A stretch of 64,000 bases of DNA from a virus (lineage: Duplodnaviria > Caudoviricetes): IMG/VR virus record IMGVR_UViG_3300037067_011569, positions 1 to 64,000 of that record. One strand, 5' to 3'. Positions 9,194-19,173 of the stretch are shown here, in pieces. The translations under genes and the position numbers were made by a program. Numbering within the stretch: the first letter of the stretch is position 1; every line of letters starts with the position of its first letter. The notes below the pieces were generated by a model. The model saw only the letters and a list, made by a program, of their open reading frames with translations, had not been told where the DNA came from and searched no databases.

Positions 9194-9429
9194 GTGATAT
9201 AGCAAAAACAGTACAAGATTATAAAAAAGCTATTGCAGAGACAGAAAGAACCCTTGCACAAGATGAAGGTTCTTTAAAGGTTCAAGAAGAATCTTTAATA
9301 AAAGAAATAGGCAATGCATCCCCCGAGTTTGTAACAAAATGGTTACAAGATAATGGAAAAGAAATAGATAACTTGAGGAAACAAATAGAGCAAAAGATTG
9401 AACACTTAACGAAAGAGTTTCCATTATGA
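9190..9429 (+). CDS. short coiled-coil protein (possible SbcC coil fragment)
   Basis: Heptad-rich 79 aa, ATGA overlaps on both sides. Confidence 0.7.
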   Translation: MSDIAKTVQDYKKAIAETERTLAQDEGSLKVQEESLIKEIGNASPEFVTKWLQDNGKEIDNLRKQIEQKIEHLTKEFPL

Positions 9430-10028
9430 GTTATCAAACCCTAAAAGATAACTTCCAAAAAGCTATTGCTAGAAGAGAATTCCATATCAGTGAAGTAAAA
9501 AAGTACAAAACTTCAATCACTTTTTTAGAACAAGAGTTTATTGCTGCTAAGACCGCACAATTATATTTGCAGAAAAAAGCAGAGGAGACACAACAAAACC
9601 TTGAGTATAGGATTTCAAATTTAGTTTCGACTGCACTATCAGCCGTCTTTGATGATCCAGATAAGTTCCGTGTCAAATTTGTGCAGCGCCGAGGCAAAAC
9701 TGAATGTGATTTGATGTTTATCAAGAACGATCAAGAAACAGAATTTGTTGGTGGAGGGGTAAGAGATATAACTTGCTTTGCCTTGAAGATAACATTCTTG
9801 CTGATGAGTAAAAACAAAAAGAATAACAGGTTAGTGTTTATTACAGATGAACCATTTAGGAATCTTCATGGTAAGAAAGAACAAGAAAACTGTTCTGATA
9901 TGGCAAAGATGTTGAGCAAAGAATGCAACCTTCAAATTCTTATGATAAGTGATGTGGAAGAAGTAAACAAAGCTGCTGACAAGATTTTTCATGTGGAAAT
10001 GATAGATAAGATTAGTTATGTAAATTAA
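9426..10028 (+). CDS. sbcC: SbcC/Rad50-like ATPase, C-terminal half
   Basis: Coil, signature VGGGVRD, Walker B VFITDEPF, H-loop position MISD. Confidence 0.85.
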   Translation: MSYQTLKDNFQKAIARREFHISEVKKYKTSITFLEQEFIAAKTAQLYLQKKAEETQQNLEYRISNLVSTALSAVFDDPDKFRVKFVQRRGKTECDLMFIKNDQETEFVGGGVRDITCFALKITFLLMSKNKKNNRLVFITDEPFRNLHGKKEQENCSDMAKMLSKECNLQILMISDVEEVNKAADKIFHVEMIDKISYVN

Positions 10029-10032
10029 AATG

Positions 10033-10120
10033 ACAATCTATACTCGGCCACGAATACATAGAAACTACCATGATCTATATAAGATCAAGTTTTCCACGAA
10101 TCGAAGCCGAGTATAGATTG
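10033..10120. terminator. long hairpin between convergent operons (16-bp perfect arms)
   Basis: ACAATCTATACTCGGC 10033-10048 / GCCGAGTATAGATTGT 10105-10120 with inner stems. Confidence 0.6.
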
Positions 10121-10167
10121 TTTGCTCCCAGACTATTATAGGAAGTAACGCAGTTCCTGTCACTGCG

Positions 10168-11652
10168 TTACCTCGGCCATCTGCCAAAACCGCCCGTGCC
10201 CGTTAGCCCTAAAAACTCATAGGCTCCGATATCCCACGCTACGCCTTGTGGTCGTGTTACCCCAAGAATATCGGTTGTAAAAGTGGCCGACAAATCCACT
10301 CCCGACGCTATAGCAGGTGAGCCGACGCCGGGTATATAGTTTGTTAGCAACGGATCGGCATTGACTCCATGAGCATCGAATCCAAGGGCTTGCCACTGCG
10401 CCCACGTTTTCTCTGATCCCTGGTATTTCCACGAATTACCACTTGCACGATAATATAGATTGTAATCACAAGAGGTTAGCGTAACTCCGCTTGTGATGCT
10501 TATGTCTTGAGAGATATTACTTGCGAAAATATTATTGACAACATCGCTCAATGTGATCGTTGTACTACTCGCTGAAACTTCCAAACCATAGATGGCATTG
10601 CCGACTATGGTATTATTCAGGACTTTCACGCCAGCGATAGGGAAACCTTCATGCGTGGCCATGATTCGGATGCCCGATGCCGCGTTGGAATATATCAAAT
10701 TGTTTGCAATCAATCCTGATGTAATGGCCTTGGCATTACCGGCACCATCACCTTCGGAGTTCAAAAATATTCCGAATCCCCAATCAAGGTCGGATTTCAT
10801 GTCGGAAAGATAAAACCTGTTGCCTGTTATCTGCACAGCATCGGCGGAAACGACAACCCCGCAATTCCCGCCGTTTGCATTTGACTCTCGATATACCGTA
10901 TTGTTTCTTACAATCGCACCGTATGCAGAAGGCTTAATATCAATGTCTCCCTCTGCCAAAAGCCCCGTATTTTTACAGGTATTTCCTTCGACAATCACTC
11001 CTGTTTGGTTGTCTGTTAAATAATCATATTGACCTACATAAATGCACTCAAGAGGAGTTCCCTCGATGTAATTGTCTTTAACATGAAAATCAGTGAATCC
11101 ACTCGTCATATTACCTGCATATATACCGTGATTGTTTTGCGGATTAACTATTTTCATATTCTGAATAGTCATGTGATGCTTCCCCGTTGTGCCGTGTTCG
11201 GCTCCTATAGCAACCCCTCCCCACGCAGGTGCTATTTGATAAAAGCCGCGAATAGCAACATAATTGCAGTTTGCGCCTTCCGGATAAATCGTCCCGCCCC
11301 CAGAAGCAAAAGTAGCTCGGTTTCCCGCTACCGTTTCCGCTTGCCACGTACCGTCTAAATATTTTTGGTCCCCCGAAATTGTCAGGAGGTTTACTGAACC
11401 ATCATTGCGGGTAATCGTATGATCTTCGCTGGCCCAGGTTGCGCGGGAGTCGAAATATATATTTACAACTTCAGAGGATAGATCGGTATTCACTGTATCC
11501 CAATCAATGTTCCCCCACGTTTTCCACGGAGACGCAGACGAGCCAGTCCCGGAGGAACCGACCGTACTGCTTACGTAATAATCAGCAGCAATGGAAGTCC
11601 CACTCAGAAGGGAAAACATCAGAACGAACAGAATCCGCGTCATATGCTTCAC
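10168..11652 (-). CDS. signal-peptide parallel beta-helix (pectin-lyase-like) protein
   Basis: Signal peptide ending SIA-ADYYVS; repeated GN/NN beta-helix ladders; C-terminal RPQG.AWDIGAYE. Confidence 0.8.
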   Translation of the reverse strand: MKHMTRILFVLMFSLLSGTSIAADYYVSSTVGSSGTGSSASPWKTWGNIDWDTVNTDLSSEVVNIYFDSRATWASEDHTITRNDGSVNLLTISGDQKYLDGTWQAETVAGNRATFASGGGTIYPEGANCNYVAIRGFYQIAPAWGGVAIGAEHGTTGKHHMTIQNMKIVNPQNNHGIYAGNMTSGFTDFHVKDNYIEGTPLECIYVGQYDYLTDNQTGVIVEGNTCKNTGLLAEGDIDIKPSAYGAIVRNNTVYRESNANGGNCGVVVSADAVQITGNRFYLSDMKSDLDWGFGIFLNSEGDGAGNAKAITSGLIANNLIYSNAASGIRIMATHEGFPIAGVKVLNNTIVGNAIYGLEVSASSTTITLSDVVNNIFASNISQDISITSGVTLTSCDYNLYYRASGNSWKYQGSEKTWAQWQALGFDAHGVNADPLLTNYIPGVGSPAIASGVDLSATFTTDILGVTRPQGVAWDIGAYEFLGLTGTGGFGRWPR

Positions 11653-12195
11653 TCAATGCTGCAATCTAGCAGCTAAAGACCCGGTCCAGTCGGCGGTGCT
11701 GATCGTGGCTGGGGGGGTGGAATTATACGAATAACTGCCCGAATAATAATCTGGTTCTGTGCCGGAATTGTTTTTGGCCGTGGTATACGTTCCGTTGCAT
11801 CCGATCCAAATATTATACTCTGTACTGGCAGCATATAAGTAACTTATTGTCACATCATTCCAGCCAGTTACAGGGCTGAACACCGAGTACGCAAGGCGAG
11901 CGTTAGGGGAAGCCGTGTCATAGAGTCCCGCCCAACACTCTGTGGATGATCCCGCAGATTGCAATTTCCACGATAACTTTTCTGCTGTGTCGATGCTTCC
12001 CGGAGTAGTGATCTGAGTGCCCAACAAAACGTCTGTGTTTTGGGCTCCACTATTATCTGGATAATCGTCGGTTGCAGAGCCTGAGTATATCCATTCTGGA
12101 ACACTAGCTGCGCCCCCACTCTGGAAAAATATCTCAGGACCAGCAGCACAGACAGGTGATGCGAAGAGCAGAAGAGCTAAAAGAATTTTCAGCAT
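11653..12195 (-). CDS. signal-peptide beta-rich protein of unknown function
   Basis: MLKILLALLLFASPVCA signal; GGAGG RBS; TGATG coupling. Confidence 0.75.
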   Translation of the reverse strand: MLKILLALLLFASPVCAAGPEIFFQSGGAASVPEWIYSGSATDDYPDNSGAQNTDVLLGTQITTPGSIDTAEKLSWKLQSAGSSTECWAGLYDTASPNARLAYSVFSPVTGWNDVTISYLYAASTEYNIWIGCNGTYTTAKNNSGTEPDYYSGSYSYNSTPPATISTADWTGSLAARLQH

Positions 12196-12812
12196 CAGTA
12201 TGCCTCCGCTACAATCTTGCACTGAGCATTACCGGACTCAGGGATTATGCAGGCATAGGTGCTCTTTTTGTTGGTAGTAGTAGCCGCAGCGCCCGCACTT
12301 CCGAGCCAAGTCACGTTTGTCCAGGTCATTGTCATTACGCCAGCACCGCCGCCCACGGTGAGCAAAACAAACCGCTCAGTTCCGGCAGGGGGCGCGGAAG
12401 TAATTACCGGCGTGTAGGTCGCGGCGGAAGCTCCGTTGCTGTAGCGATAGTGGGAGGCTGAAACACCGTCGATGTTGATGTTGCCGGTTCCGGTAGCGGC
12501 AGAGGAAATGACGGGTTGAGCGTCACCCTGAATGGCGTACCAAGTTGTTCCGCCATCAACCGAGTATTGGGACACTCCACCCGAGACTCGGAATTGCAAC
12601 GTAGTGCCTATAGCTACGTTACTTCCACTCAAAGTGCCAGTAGTGGTTAGATTTTTACTACCCAAATCTACATCACTAGTAGCACCAGTATAAGGCACAG
12701 AATTGGTGCTACTTCCTGTGCTGGGTGTTTCCCAATCTGTCTTAGCTCCTACTTTTGCCCCAAACAATATCAATGGGATTAGAAGTAAAAGCAAAAAATA
12801 TTTTTTATTCAT
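12195..12812 (-). CDS. signal-peptide Gly/Thr-rich protein with tail-fibre-like motifs
   Basis: MNKKYFLLLLLIPLILFGA signal; PYTGATSDVDLG and QYSVDGGTTW motifs. Confidence 0.75.
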   Translation of the reverse strand: MNKKYFLLLLLIPLILFGAKVGAKTDWETPSTGSSTNSVPYTGATSDVDLGSKNLTTTGTLSGSNVAIGTTLQFRVSGGVSQYSVDGGTTWYAIQGDAQPVISSAATGTGNINIDGVSASHYRYSNGASAATYTPVITSAPPAGTERFVLLTVGGGAGVMTMTWTNVTWLGSAGAAATTTNKKSTYACIIPESGNAQCKIVAEAY

Positions 12813-12833
12813 TTCCCCTCCTTTTTCTTTCAG

Positions 12834-12863
12834 AGGATAAGAGTATTTCATCTATTTTGTCAA
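12834..12863 (-). promoter_or_regulatory. sigma70-like promoter TTGACA-N18-TATCCT
   Basis: Intergenic, directly upstream of the signal-peptide gene trio. Confidence 0.4.
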
Positions 12864-12875
12864 TGTAAAAACCAT

Positions 12876-13307
12876 TTACTGAATCTCTCTTACTTCCACA
12901 ACTGCACCATAAGAAGATTCCACAATAACAGTATTTACTTTTCCCCAAACATCAGCTTTTTCAAATTCTATGCTTCTACCGGGAAGAAGTAAAGCTGCTC
13001 TCTTTTCCCCTGAATCATTGAATGTAATATCTACTTCACCACTACTTGTGTCTCTATTGTATATTTCAAGTCCAGTAATTCTTTTACCAACAGTTATTAC
13101 TTGTGCCCCACCTGCAACACCTATCATTGCAACAGTCCAGTTGAATGTAGGAGACGTTCCAGGTGTAGGTGAAGTTTGAGTGAACCCATCTGCTGTAAGG
13201 TCTTGATATGATTTAATACTATGGCCAGACATAACAAATTCAGATTCACCACTTATATTTGTGGTTCTTACAGCGAAACTATTATCATTTCTCCATGTTG
13301 GTGACAT
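12876..13307 (-). CDS. hypothetical beta-rich (virion-associated?) protein
   Basis: GGAGG RBS; follows tail fibre. Confidence 0.7.
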   Translation of the reverse strand: MSPTWRNDNSFAVRTTNISGESEFVMSGHSIKSYQDLTADGFTQTSPTPGTSPTFNWTVAMIGVAGGAQVITVGKRITGLEIYNRDTSSGEVDITFNDSGEKRAALLLPGRSIEFEKADVWGKVNTVIVESSYGAVVEVREIQ

Positions 13308-13356
13308 CCTAACCTCCTGTCATGCGTTTACGTTAATATTTGTATTTTTAATAAAT

Positions 13357-15534
13357 TTACACAACTGCCAGAGCATCCTTCCAGAAATAGCCATTGAACG
13401 AGTACGATTCTCCAAACTCAAAGGCATAACTGGCATCATCTGTTTCAAAGATAAAATAGAAATAATCAAACGAATCACTTCCCTCAAATCCAGACGCGAG
13501 TTGGTATGCCTTTGGGTCTAACTTAATGCTCAATACCGACTCCGATGCACATGGAGCAGCGAGAGTGTAAGCGTAGGGAGCCTCGTTGGGAAAGATCATG
13601 CTCTGCTTCAGATATGCTGCGATTCCGTCCTTGTTTTGAGATAGCCATCCACAAATTAGAGAGCAATCCATATTTTTAGGAATGTCTTTCATGGCGAATG
13701 AAAAGTGCGTCGGCTGTTCTACTACCGCCCGCGAGGCCGGATAGTGGAAATAGAATTTGAGTTGGCTGTAAGTCTTATCCTGAGTCTTACCTGCTGGACT
13801 AGGGATAGTCAGAGTAGGATAGAAAGTAGTCACACTTCTTGAAGGTGTCACGGTTTGTTTGAAAGTTGTTCCTGCGTCCTCATTGGTATAGAATCTATGC
13901 TCTACTGCTTTTATCGTTGTCTCAGAAACAGCAGTGTACGCACCTATATTGTCACAGTGAGGTCGTCGGAAATCATCTTTCGAGGAATACATCCAGACCG
14001 GTTTTTTGATATAGAAATGTGGATTTTCGTAATGGATTTCGACGTTGAATGTTGCTGAAGTCCCTTTATAATTCCAAATATAGAACTTCAGCACGTCATT
14101 CATCTCAACCTTGAAATAATTGAGATTGACCGTTTCATTGACATCAACTCCCCTGGCTCTTGTCCATACTAAAACACTACATGCAGTGTTGGCATAAAGG
14201 GACGCTGCAAAATCAGGTGATCCTCCGGCATCCGTAACAATGATGCGCCTTATAATCGCTTCAGATGGGAAAAGACTTGCCGTGATGGTTCCTGACGTTC
14301 CGGTGTTGATTGTTATAGCGCCGTTCCAAATCCGGACTCTTCCTCTTACCGGACCAGCGGTGCTATAAGCCTCAATGCTCAAAGACCTATTGGTGCGAGC
14401 ATACACATTGCTGTTTTCGTTTTTGACGAGATTAGAAATACCTGAGGAATTTAGTTGTCTACAACCTTCTTCGATATTGTTTTTAGACGAGCTTCCAAAC
14501 TCGATCACATATTGACCGGAAAGTGTATTCCCGACGACATCCTTAATCCTGTTCCCCACTCCAGTCACCACGATAGCGGATGGCAGCGATGCATCGAGCA
14601 GATATCCCGACTCAATAATTGTCGATCCGCTCATATCCAAGACGATTCTGTTCGCCAGTGTGAGTTGATTGCTCCATTCGTAACCAGACGGAGCATAAGA
14701 TTCTTTGACTGTCCCTCCGAGTGGAAGAGAGGCTACTGCCCGAGTAAAAGGTGTAATATCATCTGTTGTTCCATTGCCTACTGCTCCCCACCATCGAGAG
14801 GTTGCCGTATGGCCTGCAGAGAAAGCGATTATGCCTTTTGTATCAAATATTTGAGTATAGCCAGCTACAAGGCTGCCAATTGTAAGTGTATACCAGGCCT
14901 CTACATACCCAGCCGCTTTTCCATCGGGATCAGCGGAATCGGCAAGGCGAAGATAGATGGTGGCATACCCGAGTCCGTCATTGTCCGCCCAATCCCATTG
15001 ACTCGCTGTGAGAGCACCTGCTGTTCCTGCTGCAAAAATAAGAGAGTTTGCATAGACGGAAGTAGGCTCATAAACCAGTGGGTTTCCACCTGCAGCAAGT
15101 TCAAGATAATATTCAGATGTGCCATGACTAGAAGCTGTCCACTTATACGTTGTTTCCCTAATTGATTTCCATGGAGTAAACAATACCCCGTTGTCGGGCT
15201 TGAGTTTGATCGTAGCAGGGATAGTGTAGTTGCGCCAAATGTAATATGTCCCTGATGGCAACCGAAGATCAACCGACGCTCCGGAGAGATCAGCGATTAT
15301 CTTAGCAAGACTTTTCGCCGTTAATGGGTTCGCTTGGTCGGTCACTATCGATGGATCGGAAATCCACTCACCGAGAACAGAAGTCCCGTAAGCGAGTGAA
15401 CTAACCGGCACAGCAGACATAGCCTCGTTTACTTTTGTATCAATAACCTGAGCATTATTGTTGAAGGTATTCAGCCAATCACTTTCTCCAGCTACAGGTT
15501 TTACTAAACCTAAATTAGGGGTGGCACTCGACAT
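13357..15534 (-). CDS. tail fibre / tailspike (receptor-binding protein)
   Basis: TPNLGLVKP..DWLNTFNNNAQVID anchor; GAVGNGTTDD pectate-lyase-like motif; position after tail tip. Confidence 0.8.
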   Translation of the reverse strand: MSSATPNLGLVKPVAGESDWLNTFNNNAQVIDTKVNEAMSAVPVSSLAYGTSVLGEWISDPSIVTDQANPLTAKSLAKIIADLSGASVDLRLPSGTYYIWRNYTIPATIKLKPDNGVLFTPWKSIRETTYKWTASSHGTSEYYLELAAGGNPLVYEPTSVYANSLIFAAGTAGALTASQWDWADNDGLGYATIYLRLADSADPDGKAAGYVEAWYTLTIGSLVAGYTQIFDTKGIIAFSAGHTATSRWWGAVGNGTTDDITPFTRAVASLPLGGTVKESYAPSGYEWSNQLTLANRIVLDMSGSTIIESGYLLDASLPSAIVVTGVGNRIKDVVGNTLSGQYVIEFGSSSKNNIEEGCRQLNSSGISNLVKNENSNVYARTNRSLSIEAYSTAGPVRGRVRIWNGAITINTGTSGTITASLFPSEAIIRRIIVTDAGGSPDFAASLYANTACSVLVWTRARGVDVNETVNLNYFKVEMNDVLKFYIWNYKGTSATFNVEIHYENPHFYIKKPVWMYSSKDDFRRPHCDNIGAYTAVSETTIKAVEHRFYTNEDAGTTFKQTVTPSRSVTTFYPTLTIPSPAGKTQDKTYSQLKFYFHYPASRAVVEQPTHFSFAMKDIPKNMDCSLICGWLSQNKDGIAAYLKQSMIFPNEAPYAYTLAAPCASESVLSIKLDPKAYQLASGFEGSDSFDYFYFIFETDDASYAFEFGESYSFNGYFWKDALAVV

Positions 15535-15545
15535 TTTTATCTCCT

Positions 15546-18500
15546 TTAAATAGCTATTTCACCACTACTGTATGTATTATCATAAAATATTCTATCATCA
15601 TATTGAACCCATTCAAAAGAGGTTTGTCTTGAATTAAGATCAAATGATTTATTTGTTATTTGATTTAGTAATTTATCTGTTGTGATTCTTCCTATACCAA
15701 ATACATCAAATCTGTTACCTGTAAAATTGCCGTCTATATTAACACTATTTGTTTCAGTGTCCCAAGGTCCTGTAACACCAAACTCTTGTTCCGCAATTTC
15801 ACCACTTACAGTGCCGTATAAGTATGCTTGTGTCTCTCCACTGTAAACTGAAGACATGTTTATTGTTTGATCAATGTATAAAGTGGAAGATTGATAATGA
15901 TCTGATCTTAATCTTCCACCAAATGCATACTTAGATGTTGGTGGAATAATACTACAAACTTCACCATATTCCACATAGACGGCACCTGGTAAAGATTTAT
16001 GCTCTCCATGTCTTGTTACATATTCGTTTTTATTTATCCTAAATCTAGCTTCTCTTAAGGCTTGTTCATCATCAATTATCCCTCTTATTTCTATCTGTGC
16101 AACTTTTGGTGCAGTGGTAAGAGTTTCATACCAAGAAGCTTTTGCTATCTTGGAATTTCTACTGCCATACCTATTTTTATCCCAATAAGTAACTTCAACG
16201 GCATCAGACTTTTCTGTTTCTTCATATGTTGCCCATTGATAAGTACCTTTTATTATATTTCCAGAAGAAAAAGTATATTGACTTAATTTAGGTTTATCTA
16301 TAACAGCGGTCCATTGTGATCCCGCCCTCATTACTCTTGCTCTTCCCACCTGTTCAATATGTGCTATGGCAGTTTCAGACAAACTACCAATTTCATCAAA
16401 AACAATATTAGACTTAGCTCTAGCTACTCCACTAACAACACCTTCCGTCCAATCTTCCCATTCTTCAAACGTACTCTGTATTATATCAGTAGGTAATATA
16501 TTGCCCCCATAATTCGGGTTAGTTAACGCATCAAACATCTGCCACATAGGAACAGTGGCATCAACATTTTGTGTTGACAACCCATTCCAAGATGGAACAG
16601 TTATTAATGTTCTATTATGATGTACTTTAATAGCACCAAGCGCACCTTGTCTAGCAGAAAGTGCTTTTACCCCTAATGCAATCATTTGCATACCAGGATA
16701 ATATAAAGCTAGATTTACTATCTCTTCAAAAGAGATTAATTGTACTTCCGATCTCTCTGTATTCTCATCTGTAGCTTCAGCCGTAATCTTTTTAATCTTT
16801 ACATCATAATAATCACTAGTAAGAAAAGTTAGGGTCTTTTGATACCTTACCGCACTAGTGTAATCTCCAGTATATGTTACAGTTTCATCAGTCCAATCCT
16901 CTTCCCCGGAGATACTATAGGACAATTTAAGTTCCACAGACATTGAACTTACACCAGATTCACCTGTTCTGTATAATCCCTGTGGAAATTCAAATATTAA
17001 TCTAACTTGCTTTACTTTGGATGTTGTTGTAAAAACAGAAGGACTAACAGTTACAGCTACAGGATCAACAAACTCTGTGGTCGGCAATACCCTATCTGTT
17101 GTTTCATTTGGCAATCCCCTACATGTTCTAAATTCATCAATATCACATCTGGCATACATCTGTGTTACTGTGCCAGCAACATTATCATAAAAATATCCCA
17201 TTCCTATTTGTTGTGTATAAGGTGCTTTTTCTGCTGCCGTTTCATTCGCATAATCAATAACTGTGTTAGACCTATCCCTTATAGGATTATAAGCAAACGT
17301 ACTTTCCGAAGAAACTACAGTTTCCAATACAGTTAGAACACCCGCATCTTCTATTAGTATTTGGTATCCACCTGTATAGCATTGAATCCTAAAATGATAC
17401 CAAGTATTAATAGAAGGAGTGACATCACCAATTACATTTAAAGTATTTACCCAATATGTCACACTAGCCAAATCAGATCCGGAACCACTTAAACTCTGAA
17501 AAAAGAAACCACTTCCATTTTTGTACCCAAAAGTAGTAATAGCTTGTCTATTATTATAATATTCTGTATATGATATTTGTTGGCCAAATATCACCCTATC
17601 TGTCAAATCAGGAAGTCGAAATTTTATATCCATTTGACAGGGGTAATCAAATCTTAATGCTTCAAAATCATCTGTGGTAGCATAATCACCATCTGCTGGG
17701 AAAGACAAATAACCATTACCTAAATTAGGTGTATCTACTTTTATTTGTACATTGCCTTCTTTGGTCCAGGGTTGACTTCTTCCAGAAGAATCAACAATAG
17801 GCATTGATGTGTAATCTCTACATGTCCATACCACACTATTATCACTTGTAGTTCCTCCCACAACAGTTCCCCAAACAGGTTCTGTTGCACCTGTTACTCC
17901 AATTGTGGTGCATTCGTAACAATATCCATTTAAGGTTGTAGGAACTACAAAACTAGTTAAAGATTTTCCTTGTCCTGTTGCCCACACATCAATATTAAAA
18001 TGAAGTAAGGAAGTAACATCTATATCCTCTAGTTCATTATTTACTATTTTCTTCTCATACAAATGATCATGATGAACCATATTAAAAGGTGCTAATGCCG
18101 TTCTAGTAGCACTTGTTATTTCTTTGCTTCCATCTGTTGCTCCAAAAGAAAAATCTTCATATGCGGAAAGAAATTCTTCCCCCACTCTAATATCGTTAGA
18201 GGTTAGTATGTTATTTGTTTTCCCTATTCCTGCACATAACAAAACCCATTGCCACATATTAAATTCAGAATCTACCGTGCGATAACTACCTATTATTTTA
18301 GGTGCTGCCCAAGGTCTTCCGTAAGGAACCGGTATAATATCTCCTGGTGATGTATCGTTTGATACACCACTCCATCTGTAAGTGGGCTTATTATTTCCTT
18401 GGTTTACAGTAGGTATAGATGGTGCCATTATTGTATTCAATAGCATCCCTACACCCATTATAATTACAGTATTTACCACAGCAGCGGCAACTCCTGCCCA

Positions 18501-18782
18501 TGTTGCACCTACCAAAGGGATAAACACAGCAGCAGGAATTGCATGTTTGACTGCTATAGTTATTTCTTGTCCTGGTAATGCTTTTTGTAATTCAGGTGCT
18601 AAAACTTCATATCCATCCACAGTATAAATAAAATCACTGTACCCTAAAGCTTCCAACTCTTTTCTTGCCGCAGCGGTGACTTGTGCAATCGTGGGATTAT
18701 CACTATAAATAATCCTTGTTACTTCTTTTTTTTCTGGAAGCAACAAGAATGTGTCTTTAATTACAGTGATATATTCATTCAT
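15546..18782 (-). CDS. tail tip / central tail hub protein (lambda gpI/gpJ-like) with LamG-like insertion
   Basis: GDIIPVPYG, QVGRA, Y.F..GNI, WDKN..Y, AL.EARF..NK; position after NlpC gene. Confidence 0.85.
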   Translation of the reverse strand: MNEYITVIKDTFLLLPEKKEVTRIIYSDNPTIAQVTAAARKELEALGYSDFIYTVDGYEVLAPELQKALPGQEITIAVKHAIPAAVFIPLVGATWAGVAAAVVNTVIIMGVGMLLNTIMAPSIPTVNQGNNKPTYRWSGVSNDTSPGDIIPVPYGRPWAAPKIIGSYRTVDSEFNMWQWVLLCAGIGKTNNILTSNDIRVGEEFLSAYEDFSFGATDGSKEITSATRTALAPFNMVHHDHLYEKKIVNNELEDIDVTSLLHFNIDVWATGQGKSLTSFVVPTTLNGYCYECTTIGVTGATEPVWGTVVGGTTSDNSVVWTCRDYTSMPIVDSSGRSQPWTKEGNVQIKVDTPNLGNGYLSFPADGDYATTDDFEALRFDYPCQMDIKFRLPDLTDRVIFGQQISYTEYYNNRQAITTFGYKNGSGFFFQSLSGSGSDLASVTYWVNTLNVIGDVTPSINTWYHFRIQCYTGGYQILIEDAGVLTVLETVVSSESTFAYNPIRDRSNTVIDYANETAAEKAPYTQQIGMGYFYDNVAGTVTQMYARCDIDEFRTCRGLPNETTDRVLPTTEFVDPVAVTVSPSVFTTTSKVKQVRLIFEFPQGLYRTGESGVSSMSVELKLSYSISGEEDWTDETVTYTGDYTSAVRYQKTLTFLTSDYYDVKIKKITAEATDENTERSEVQLISFEEIVNLALYYPGMQMIALGVKALSARQGALGAIKVHHNRTLITVPSWNGLSTQNVDATVPMWQMFDALTNPNYGGNILPTDIIQSTFEEWEDWTEGVVSGVARAKSNIVFDEIGSLSETAIAHIEQVGRARVMRAGSQWTAVIDKPKLSQYTFSSGNIIKGTYQWATYEETEKSDAVEVTYWDKNRYGSRNSKIAKASWYETLTTAPKVAQIEIRGIIDDEQALREARFRINKNEYVTRHGEHKSLPGAVYVEYGEVCSIIPPTSKYAFGGRLRSDHYQSSTLYIDQTINMSSVYSGETQAYLYGTVSGEIAEQEFGVTGPWDTETNSVNIDGNFTGNRFDVFGIGRITTDKLLNQITNKSFDLNSRQTSFEWVQYDDRIFYDNTYSSGEIAI

Positions 18783-19173
18783 TATCTTCAAACCTATAAA
18801 AAGATTGAATTTGATTAAAAAGAATAGGGTTAGCTACTTTACACAAATGAAATCCAAATATTTTATTCGCTTGTGCAAAATATCCATCCTCTACAACCAC
18901 ACCAAAATGTAATCCACCATCTGTTCTATTAAAAAGTATGACATCTCCTACCATTGGTTTTTCTTTCTTATTTATTTCAATCCAATCTGCTTTCCTTAAA
19001 TTATATTCAAAACATATTGCATCAGCTTTATTAGCACTCACTCCATAATCAGGAGTATATAATCCGTACATCCTTCTTACATAGATAACAACACCCCAAC
19101 AATCAAAATTGTTAGGTCCTCTTCCCATATCTTTAAAAGGGGCACCAATTAATAAATTATAGTCCTTCTTCAT
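18775..19173 (-). CDS. NlpC/P60 tail assembly protein (gpK-like)
   Basis: GAPF...GRG...FDCWG...GDVILF..HFGV. Confidence 0.85.
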   Translation of the reverse strand: MKKDYNLLIGAPFKDMGRGPNNFDCWGVVIYVRRMYGLYTPDYGVSANKADAICFEYNLRKADWIEINKKEKPMVGDVILFNRTDGGLHFGVVVEDGYFAQANKIFGFHLCKVANPILFNQIQSFYRFEDNE

